DNA from: a bacterium | GTDB taxonomy: Bacteria; Margulisbacteria; Marinamargulisbacteria; SXXA01 | Length of the DNA: 64,000 nt | Direction: 5' to 3' | Assembly: GCA_947465765.1 (NCBI GenBank) | Contig: CANIAP010000008.1 | Location: 3,152-67,151 of the forward strand | Part shown: in pieces, positions 52,590 through 60,710 of the stretch | How the letters are laid out: every line of letters begins with the position of its first letter | Position numbering within the stretch: position 1 is the stretch's first letter | Translations under genes and position numbers: made by a program | Notes under the pieces: model-generated | The model's database searches: none | The model's input: only the letters and a program-made list of their open reading frames with translations | What the model was told of the DNA's origin: nothing

Positions 52590-54254
52590 TTGCCCCACTT
52601 CCAACGATTGATTGTGTGCCGCGTTCCGGATGATTTTGATTCCAAAAATGATTTTGTAATTTCACCGATCTGCGTCATCGGTAGCGAGTTGCGGCATCCG
52701 AACTGGCTGGAGTGGCAATTCCCCTCTACTCAACTGGATTACGATTCGTTCTTGAAATTTTCTGACCTATTTTTGAATCAACAAATCGTGCCTCAATTAT
52801 GCCGTTATTTAAATACATGGCATCGTACGACTCATTCCACGGAGTTTTGGCGGACATTGATCATGCCCTATGTACTTGAATTGTGGGGGGCTGTGGCCAG
52901 CTCATGGTGGATACTGACCTTTGCCTTGCGGGACTGGGGCCATTTGCCGTTAACGGTCCTAGGGGTGGAAACAACCCAAGACTGGACTTTTAAGGATATG
53001 GGCGACTTCAGCCAACGCGGCTCGTTGAATTCGGATTTTTATAATTGGGTGCTGACGGCGTTATGTAAACGGATGATGCCGTCCAACTGGCGGATGGAAA
53101 ATCAGGAACTTCCTATCGGTAAAGCAGAAAAGCGGGGGTATCTTTCCACGCATCGATGTCATGCAGTCAGTGGATTTTCGGCGTTACAAAACGATATTTT
53201 ATCGGCCATGCTGCATATTAAAGGCTGGATCAAACCCAGCCGGGCGCCGGAACGGTCCTGGCGCTATCAAAATAATGAGGCGCTGATTCTGGATGCTGCC
53301 TATGAAAGCCTTCAAAGTGCGTTTAAAGACTGTGTGACGGCACTCCTCCCCTTGATATATACCGATGACTTTCAGTCGCTAGCCAAAAAATCCAGAAAAA
53401 AACGCTATAGACCGGGTAGCCTCCGCGTGATTCAGACTGCTTTCTCGTCCGAGGAACAAATCAAAAGTGATCTGGCTCATGCGATTGAGGCCGGAGAAAT
53501 TGTAGTGGGAACCCAACATGGTGGCAGTTATGGAGTTGATAGGCATCACTATTCCAGCTTTGAGTTGGAAATTAAGAATCGGTGGTTTTTTTCTTGGGGG
53601 TGGTCCGACCATCCCAACGTGGTTCAAATGGCATCTCCCATCTGTTCAACTTATTTGAACCGGCACAAAGCGATTTCTGAAGAAATTGTTTGGGTCTGCG
53701 CCCATATTGCGCCGTTGTCCATGGGTTGTTTATATTCGGAATTGTTCGGATCCGATTGGATTGCGTATATGTCGGGAAAAATTGAATTCATGACGGCGCT
53801 TGAACCGCATATTTGGGCCCGCTTTCGCTATCGCCCCCATCCCAGCCGAACCAATTGCATTGATGATCTTCCGCTACTAACCGACCGATTTCCGACGCTT
53901 CGCTGCCATTCGGACTTGTCCGATTCGTGGATTTTAAATCCAGCCTTACTTGTTTTAGACATCCAAAGCACGACCTTGAATTATGCCGCTGCTGCCAACA
54001 CCCCCTTTATTTTGATTATGCCTCAGTCGACTCAGCTTTCCCAAAGTGCGAAACCCATTTTTGCTCAGATGAGGCACTCCAATATGGTATTTGACGATCA
54101 CGTCGCAGCAGCCCGATTTATCAATACGCTAGATATATCGACTTGGTGGCAAAGTGCGTCCGTACAATCCGCAAGACTCGCATTTGTTACTCGGTTTGCC
54201 AAAACCAGCCCGATTGTATTTAGGGACTGGATTAAACAATTATGGGCGCTTTAA
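52590..54254 (+). CDS. LIC12162-family putative glycan transferase (paralog of 40466-42184)
   Basis: FWRTLIMPYVLELWG, GTQHGGSYG, FFSWGW, YRPHP, STTLN...AANTPFILI shared with the paralog. Confidence 0.75.
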   Translation: MPHFQRLIVCRVPDDFDSKNDFVISPICVIGSELRHPNWLEWQFPSTQLDYDSFLKFSDLFLNQQIVPQLCRYLNTWHRTTHSTEFWRTLIMPYVLELWGAVASSWWILTFALRDWGHLPLTVLGVETTQDWTFKDMGDFSQRGSLNSDFYNWVLTALCKRMMPSNWRMENQELPIGKAEKRGYLSTHRCHAVSGFSALQNDILSAMLHIKGWIKPSRAPERSWRYQNNEALILDAAYESLQSAFKDCVTALLPLIYTDDFQSLAKKSRKKRYRPGSLRVIQTAFSSEEQIKSDLAHAIEAGEIVVGTQHGGSYGVDRHHYSSFELEIKNRWFFSWGWSDHPNVVQMASPICSTYLNRHKAISEEIVWVCAHIAPLSMGCLYSELFGSDWIAYMSGKIEFMTALEPHIWARFRYRPHPSRTNCIDDLPLLTDRFPTLRCHSDLSDSWILNPALLVLDIQSTTLNYAAAANTPFILIMPQSTQLSQSAKPIFAQMRHSNMVFDDHVAAARFINTLDISTWWQSASVQSARLAFVTRFAKTSPIVFRDWIKQLWAL

Positions 54255-55144
54255 CGCTTTCCCGATATCAATGATTTAAAAAAGGTCCGAATCGGTTTTA
54301 TCCGTTTCACGGCCTGATATTCAAGCTGTTCCAATTCAGAGTCGGTCAACTGAATCAACGGTGATTGTTCCCGAAAAACGGAATCCTTAGTTTCAATAAA
54401 TGAGGAAACGGTTGTAAATGAATATCCATGAACGAAGTCTTTTCCCGAAAAGGGGTGCGAAAATTCGGCTTCGATTAGCGATATCCAATCCCGGTCATTC
54501 TTATGTCCCCAACTGATGACTTTCTTGATCATCGCCTGTTTGTCTCGAACCCAGCTGTAATGATGAATCATCGGATGGCCGTCCACACTTTTGGCTCCCA
54601 TTAATCGGGTTCCGGTTACCAACCCTTGGCGTTCTTTTTTGCTGAATATGCGTTTAGGATGGATTTTGTTGGCTTTAACCATGATTACAGATTGTTCCGT
54701 CGTTGTCGCTTGGTAAACCGGCTCCCGAAAATACCAATAGTTTTCAATTTTAATGGTGTCGTACCGACGATACTCGCCCGTTTCTAGCCATTCCAAAAAA
54801 TGTGCGCCGTTTACCACTTCATCCACATCTAAAAATAATACGTAATCGATATCGCTTTTTAAATAATTGATGCCTACCCATCTCGCGATATTGTGGCCGT
54901 AAGAGTTGTCAAAGATCGCTTCTTTTTCGATATGAAACGGGAATTTGATAAATTGGCAATTCGGTCCTTGATATTGGCTTTTTTCGAGAAGCAGTTCATT
55001 TTCAGGCGTTCCATCAAAAAAATGGGAGCCGTAGACGACGATTACTTGTTGGGAAAATACCTGTGCTTCTTTGACGCACCGTGCCAAAAACTGAAAATCG
55101 TTTGTACAGTATAAAATAATAGTGGCGATCGAATGTGAACCCAT
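54251..55144 (-). CDS. GT-A fold (GT2-like) glycosyltransferase
   Basis: HNIAR..G, YVLFLDVDE (DxD), IHHYSWVR. Confidence 0.65.
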   Translation of the reverse strand: MGSHSIATIILYCTNDFQFLARCVKEAQVFSQQVIVVYGSHFFDGTPENELLLEKSQYQGPNCQFIKFPFHIEKEAIFDNSYGHNIARWVGINYLKSDIDYVLFLDVDEVVNGAHFLEWLETGEYRRYDTIKIENYWYFREPVYQATTTEQSVIMVKANKIHPKRIFSKKERQGLVTGTRLMGAKSVDGHPMIHHYSWVRDKQAMIKKVISWGHKNDRDWISLIEAEFSHPFSGKDFVHGYSFTTVSSFIETKDSVFREQSPLIQLTDSELEQLEYQAVKRIKPIRTFFKSLISGKR

Positions 55145-55148
55145 TGGT

Positions 55149-56063
55149 TTACCTGGGCTTCTGGCCAAATAAAATCACTTCTCGCCCCACGCCTTCTTTG
55201 GCAAAAAATTCGTAAAGTCGGTTTTTAAATTCCGACATTCCAGCGCGGCTAAGATTAGTTTCGAATGTCATTCGTTTTTGATGGCATTGGTGGCCGATGG
55301 ACTCATTGCCCAGGTAAACATCGCCCATTAATAAGAAAAATTCCATTGGGAAAGTAGCCAATTTATGAACCACATTAAATCCACAATGCGTGAGCGTCGC
55401 CTGTAAGGAGTCAAAGTTAAAATAGTTGATGTGATGCGGCGGGGCGTACCAATAATCAGGTGTATTCAAAACTGACTTAACCGCGGCTTGAAGGGGGCTG
55501 TAATCATTGGGCACTTCCACACATACCAATCCGCCCGGCTTCAGACAGGTGTAAGCGCGGTTCAAAGTTTCGATCGGATCGCGGAGATGCTCCAGTGTCA
55601 ACGACAGATTAATAACATCGAAGCATCCTAATTCGGTATCGGAAAAAGTTTCGAAAAGCCCGGTTTTAACGGGGATGCCTTGCTTTTCGGAATAGGCGGA
55701 AGCGCCTTTTGATGGCTCGATTCCCAGTACTTCCCACCCTCGTTTTTGTCCCACTTCTAAAAAAATGCCCAAAAAGCTTCCGATATCTAAAATCCGTTTT
55801 TGAGGGGTTGAGACAAACCGTTCGAACACGTCATACCGATCAGAAAATACCAGTTCCCAATACGGTTTCTCGTCAATTGTTTTTTGAATCCAATTCGGAT
55901 ATGGGCCACCGGAATAATTGTCGGAATAAATATCTTCGACATTGGCTTGGTCGGGGATTGTGGAAAGCTGTTTGAAACCAAGATCGGTCTCAATAATTAA
56001 ATAGGCGTCAAAGGGACGCTCAAGTTCTCCCATTTTGTGCGTAAGCGAGGCGGCATCTGTCAT
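55149..56063 (-). CDS. Class I SAM-dependent methyltransferase
   Basis: ILDIGS..G.FL, GIEPS, LEHLRDP, LKPGG...EVPN, PPHHINYF. Confidence 0.9.
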   Translation of the reverse strand: MTDAASLTHKMGELERPFDAYLIIETDLGFKQLSTIPDQANVEDIYSDNYSGGPYPNWIQKTIDEKPYWELVFSDRYDVFERFVSTPQKRILDIGSFLGIFLEVGQKRGWEVLGIEPSKGASAYSEKQGIPVKTGLFETFSDTELGCFDVINLSLTLEHLRDPIETLNRAYTCLKPGGLVCVEVPNDYSPLQAAVKSVLNTPDYWYAPPHHINYFNFDSLQATLTHCGFNVVHKLATFPMEFFLLMGDVYLGNESIGHQCHQKRMTFETNLSRAGMSEFKNRLYEFFAKEGVGREVILFGQKPR

Positions 56064-56070
56064 CTGTCGG

Positions 56071-56079
56071 AGTATACCA
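56071..56079 (-). promoter_or_regulatory. Extended -10 promoter (likely leaderless mRNA)
   Basis: TGgTATACT, 7 nt upstream of ATG 56063. Confidence 0.6.
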
Positions 56080-56247
56080 TGTGCGCGACGTCATGCCATC
56101 CACATCCGCTATAGACGATTTTTGTGTAGCCACCTTGTCATACTCGTAATGTTACTTATATCTTGGCACATCCCTATGTCTCAGAATAAGTTGCGCTCCA
56201 ACTCTGCTGGGTTTTGGAGAAAATCCAGCACCTCGGGCCATTATTCG

Positions 56248-57189
56248 TTAAAAAATCCGCCCCGTCCGACTCGTCTCTAATATAGTTAAATCCGGCACCG
56301 TCGGCATCGGCCGATGCCGACGGTGCCTCAAAACGATTTTGATATGACGAAGTGCTGAAAAAATAGCACCGATATCCGCCCACTGCAGAGTCACTAGCTT
56401 CAGGGCTATCGTGGCAAAATGACTGACTAACAACCGAGTCGACGTTAAATTCCGCCACATAAACAAATAATGATTTCGACGATGGATCTTGGCCACCTGC
56501 GACTGCGAAAATAAGCGCCCAATGGTCGCCTGATGGTCGTGCAAAATGGTGCCCAACGGCATGTACCATGACGCCCACCCGCGTTGCCACGCGCGATACG
56601 ACAAATCCAAGTCTTCGAAATAAAACGGCGAGAAAAGCGGATCAAATCCACCTAAAGCAAAGTATCGATCCCGGCGTACCGCCATGGCACCGCCGCAGGC
56701 CCATAAAATAGGACGTGACTCCGCGATGTCCACCGACTCCGGAGGATACGACTCGGGGGTGAGCCATCCGCCTTTAAAATAACCCCATGTAATCGATTCA
56801 AACGCATTGTCTTTACTGGGCCGAATAATCGTCGGGACGATGGCAAATATATCCGGACAAGCCAACTCATCCAACAAACGCGATAGATCCAGGTCCGATA
56901 TCTTCATGTCGTTGTTCAAAAAAAACAAGATTTCGGATGTCGCCGCTAAGGCACCTCGGTGGGCTGTAACCGAAAATCCGCGATTCTGTAAACTCTTAAC
57001 CACTTTGACACTGGGAAAGTGTTCCGCCATCCACTCCGCTGTGTCGTCATCGCTTCCATCGTCCGAGACAATCCATTCAATCGTTGGCGACTCTAAGGCC
57101 CGAAGATTATGGGCCAATGTCTGGGCCAATAAATGGCGACCGTTATAGGTTGGGATAATAATGGAAATCGATGGGGCAGACGTCGTCAT
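56248..57189 (-). CDS. Glycosyltransferase family 2
   Basis: IIIPTYNG, SDDGSDD, NRGF, FLNND, GGFD..F.PFY.EDLDLSYRAW. Confidence 0.92.
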   Translation of the reverse strand: MTTSAPSISIIIPTYNGRHLLAQTLAHNLRALESPTIEWIVSDDGSDDDTAEWMAEHFPSVKVVKSLQNRGFSVTAHRGALAATSEILFFLNNDMKISDLDLSRLLDELACPDIFAIVPTIIRPSKDNAFESITWGYFKGGWLTPESYPPESVDIAESRPILWACGGAMAVRRDRYFALGGFDPLFSPFYFEDLDLSYRAWQRGWASWYMPLGTILHDHQATIGRLFSQSQVAKIHRRNHYLFMWRNLTSTRLLVSHFATIALKLVTLQWADIGAIFSALRHIKIVLRHRRHRPMPTVPDLTILETSRTGRIF

Positions 57190-58517
57190 AAATCTAACGA
57201 CAATCTTCGTACCGCTGGCAAAAAATGAATCAAATTAGAGGCCCAAATCCGAGCAATCCACAATTTCAACGACCCCCGACGATGAGGCACCAGCACCCAA
57301 TTGATATTTCCCGCCACCATTCGATTTTTAAGTTTATTAATCGACGCCTTCGGATCTAAATGAATGGCATTCGATGCAAATGGCACTTGGGCAAGCACCG
57401 CCTCAAATATGGACGCATCACAATAGATGCCGGCTTGATGCCCGACCAAGTCCCAATACGCACGTTGGCCTGCCAGCGTCCCGGTGGTCGTGCGGTCCAA
57501 TTCACGAATTAAGGCCACCATCCGATCCGGGGAAATAAACTCCCGCCCGGGGCACGGACAGTGTAAGGGGACACACGAATCACGGCAGGCATTTTGCTGT
57601 TTATAAATCACATGGGGACTTAACCACGGCGCCCAATGAAAACAGTTTTGCGTTCGAGTGCGATAGATAACCACGGCCGGGCATTGAAACCCCGCCGCGA
57701 TATGCGACAACCCTGAGTCTGGCCCCACAAAATAAGTGGCCTTTTTGATTACAGCACTCACCTCTACTAGGGATGTCTTGCCGGCCAAATTAATGATCCG
57801 ACCGTGGGTATTTATCCAGTCTAAAGTGGTCTCAGTCGCGTTAGCCACCACTCCGCCGAGCAACACAAGCGGTGAGGGATCGAGGTCCAACATCGCCGTT
57901 AAAACCGGTTTAATTTCAGAATCAACCCAGCACTTCACCTTAGCGCCAGAATCAACCGCCACTACTCGATACGGAAAGTTCATGAATGGGTACTTCTCCG
58001 CCACGTCTGCCATTGCGGGATCCGATATCTGAAGCTGCAATCGGGAATCGGGTGCGCTAACGCCCAATGGCCCTAATAATGCCAAATTCATTTGCACTTT
58101 ATGGCGATGATAATTCTGATAATTCAACCTTATAGAATGGGAATGGTAGAGCCAATTTCGCCACCCAATGGCATGCCCAATGCGCACTTTAATCCCCGCG
58201 GCTTTGGCTAAAACCGCATATCGGGGGTGCTCCCACAGATTAATCATGACATCAAATTGATGAGATTTAAGGGCGGCTAAAACCTGTGTAAATTCGGGGG
58301 ATCGCGTCGTTCCATCATACGGCTGAGTATCGGGTACAATGCCGGCTACATCCGGAATTTCAGTCAATAAGGCCACAAACGCAGGTCGTGCCAGAAAAAA
58401 AATTTGGGCCTCCGGATACTGGCGTTTTATGGGTTGAATTAATGCCGTTGCGGTAATTAAATCCCCCAACATATCCCCCCGAGCAATAAGGATTTTGGGC
58501 GACGGCGGAAGGCGCAC
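57186..58517 (-). CDS. Glycosyltransferase family 9 (heptosyltransferase-like)
   Basis: ARGDMLGD, K.W, INLAGKTSL, VGPDSGLSHIA. Confidence 0.88.
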   Translation of the reverse strand: MRLPPSPKILIARGDMLGDLITATALIQPIKRQYPEAQIFFLARPAFVALLTEIPDVAGIVPDTQPYDGTTRSPEFTQVLAALKSHQFDVMINLWEHPRYAVLAKAAGIKVRIGHAIGWRNWLYHSHSIRLNYQNYHRHKVQMNLALLGPLGVSAPDSRLQLQISDPAMADVAEKYPFMNFPYRVVAVDSGAKVKCWVDSEIKPVLTAMLDLDPSPLVLLGGVVANATETTLDWINTHGRIINLAGKTSLVEVSAVIKKATYFVGPDSGLSHIAAGFQCPAVVIYRTRTQNCFHWAPWLSPHVIYKQQNACRDSCVPLHCPCPGREFISPDRMVALIRELDRTTTGTLAGQRAYWDLVGHQAGIYCDASIFEAVLAQVPFASNAIHLDPKASINKLKNRMVAGNINWVLVPHRRGSLKLWIARIWASNLIHFLPAVRRLSLDL

Positions 58518-58518
58518 T

Positions 58519-60117
58519 TTATACCTTGTCCGAATCCGCTCGCAACGGAATCTCAGGCATAAACATCACCACAATCACCGCCACAACCATGATTGACGTT
58601 CCCACCCAGAATACCTGATCGATCGCCCCACTGTACCCCAAACGAACCGAGACCAAATAATCGGGGAACGAATTTAACAACGTCTCCCTAGTAAAAATAG
58701 ACACCGTCTGAAACTGTCCAATCAGTTCGAACTGCCGCGCTACCGTCAATGTACTTTGGAGCAAATTACTATCGAGATGATTGAACCCCACATCGGGAAA
58801 GGCGCGGCGCATGGTCACCACAAACGGGTGCCCCCCCAAAAGATCGACCAGACCGGTCATTTTCATGTTCAGGACTCCACCCAAAATTGCGGTGCCGATT
58901 GTACCGCCTAAACTACGGAATAACTGGACCCCCGCCGTTACCTCCCCCATGCGCCCACGATCAAAGGCGCTTTGTACAACCAGATTGATAATCGGAAAGG
59001 TCGTCCCCAACCCTGTGCCCAACATTGCCATAAAACAGACCAGTTCAACCGGACGGGTATCGACCCCAATGTGGGTACACAACCACAAGGCGATGGTGGC
59101 CGTCACCACACCAAACACCAATATCGGTTTATATCGCCCCGTTCGACTGGTGATTTGGCCGCCAATAATTGATGAGGCCACCAATCCCAGCATCATGGGC
59201 ATCATCATCAACCCCGATCGCGCAGGAGACACCCACAGAACCCCTTGTGCAAAAAAAGGAATAAACATAATCGCCGAATACATCGCCATCGCCGTCAAAA
59301 AAGCAATGGCAATCGACACCAAATACGCCCGATTTTTAAAGAGGGCTAACGTCATAATAGGATCTGATACCGCCCGTTCCACCCGGATAAATAGAACCAG
59401 TGACGTAATCGCTATCGCTAGCAATCCAAGAATGGGGGTCGATATCCAGGGAAACTGACTTCCCCCCGACACCAATGCCAACAAAAACGGCAAAATCGCC
59501 ATGGTTAATAACGCCGCACCTTTATAATCCACCGTTCGACGTGCCACTCGCGCAATTTTGGGGAGGCCCATCGCCAATACAAAAAAAGCCAACCCACCCA
59601 GCGGAATATTGATATAAAAAATCCATCGCCATGAGAAATAATTGGAAATCCATCCCCCTAAAAAAGGGCCCATCACCGATGAAATACCAAAGGCCCCACC
59701 GATCCACCCTTGGTATCGGCCCCGTTGCGCTGGAGGAATAATATCCCCAATGGTCGCCATCGCACTCACCATCATGGCCCCTCCACCAATCCCTTGGATA
59801 CCTCGAAATATAATGAGCTGACCCATGGACAAGGCCATCCCGGACAACACCGAGCCAATGAGAAACACGATAATGGCGATCAAATACATGCCCCGCCGAC
59901 CCATCAAATCAGAGAGTTTCCCAAATACTGGCACCGTAATGGTGGACGCCAACATATAGGCGGTAAATACCCAACTGAGGTGGGATACACCGTTCAGGTC
60001 CGCCACAATCTGCGGCATCGCCGCGGAGACAATCGTTTGGTCCAACGACGACAACATGATCGCCAAAATGACCCCAAATAATATCTGATTGCGATTAACG
60101 GGTGCGTGCGTATTCAT
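58519..60117 (-). CDS. MFS drug:H+ antiporter (DHA2, 14-TM)
   Basis: LDQTIV..AMP, GKLSDLMGRR, RGIQGIGGG, WRWIFYINIPLG. Confidence 0.94.
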   Translation of the reverse strand: MNTHAPVNRNQILFGVILAIMLSSLDQTIVSAAMPQIVADLNGVSHLSWVFTAYMLASTITVPVFGKLSDLMGRRGMYLIAIIVFLIGSVLSGMALSMGQLIIFRGIQGIGGGAMMVSAMATIGDIIPPAQRGRYQGWIGGAFGISSVMGPFLGGWISNYFSWRWIFYINIPLGGLAFFVLAMGLPKIARVARRTVDYKGAALLTMAILPFLLALVSGGSQFPWISTPILGLLAIAITSLVLFIRVERAVSDPIMTLALFKNRAYLVSIAIAFLTAMAMYSAIMFIPFFAQGVLWVSPARSGLMMMPMMLGLVASSIIGGQITSRTGRYKPILVFGVVTATIALWLCTHIGVDTRPVELVCFMAMLGTGLGTTFPIINLVVQSAFDRGRMGEVTAGVQLFRSLGGTIGTAILGGVLNMKMTGLVDLLGGHPFVVTMRRAFPDVGFNHLDSNLLQSTLTVARQFELIGQFQTVSIFTRETLLNSFPDYLVSVRLGYSGAIDQVFWVGTSIMVVAVIVVMFMPEIPLRADSDKV

Positions 60118-60135
60118 AATGGAACAGTACCATCG

Positions 60136-60354
60136 TCATTGGACAGAAATCCGTTGGGTATCGACCTGAACGACCTGCCCTTTGCGGATTTTACATTTTT
60201 TTCGGGTTTCAACGATGCCATCGACCGACACGATGCCTTCGGTAATAAACAGTTTGGCTTGGCCGCCCGTGTCGCATAGACCAGCGACCTTCAGTAGCTT
60301 ACTCAATTCAATATACTCGTCAGTTAGAACGTAAATATTTTCCATATCAGGCAT
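60136..60354 (-). CDS. S4-domain RNA-binding protein (YbcJ/YaaA family)
   Basis: YIEL.KLLK..GL..TGGQAK..I.EG.V.VDG.VETRK..KIR.G. Confidence 0.9.
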   Translation of the reverse strand: MPDMENIYVLTDEYIELSKLLKVAGLCDTGGQAKLFITEGIVSVDGIVETRKKCKIRKGQVVQVDTQRISVQ

Positions 60355-60428
60355 GGTAACAAAACTTGCTGAAGATAGGTAACCCAGTGACGACGGAATA
60401 CCAAGGCAATGCTATTATCCATCCCCAA

Positions 60429-60710
60429 ATGAACCGTGAAATGGGATTTTATTTGCTGGTGCCCGGACTCTCCATCTACGCCGTCCTTATACTCGTGATT
60501 TATTGCTTCCCTGTCCTGGCCGCATACCGACACCTTTTAACAACGGATGATGCCATCATGTATTCGTTTTTGGTGGTCTTTTTCTACCCCCTCTCTATGA
60601 TATTGACCCGAATCGGAGATAACCATCTGAAGCTCTTCAATTGGAAATGGCTGTTTCCTTTGTCGTTAATCCCACTAGTGGGCGCGTTGGGTCTCATGGC
60701 GGGACTATAG
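60429..60710 (+). CDS. Small membrane protein (about 3 TM)
   Basis: Hydrophobic segments; ATG 60429 follows TGcTATTAT. Confidence 0.55.
   Translation: MNREMGFYLLVPGLSIYAVLILVIYCFPVLAAYRHLLTTDDAIMYSFLVVFFYPLSMILTRIGDNHLKLFNWKWLFPLSLIPLVGALGLMAGL

Noticed and set aside
56205-56230. Hairpin TGCTGGGTTTT-GGAG-AAAATCCAGCA as a terminator or CsrA site
   Set aside because: It has no U-tract and pairs less well on the transcribed minus strand; function cannot be supported.
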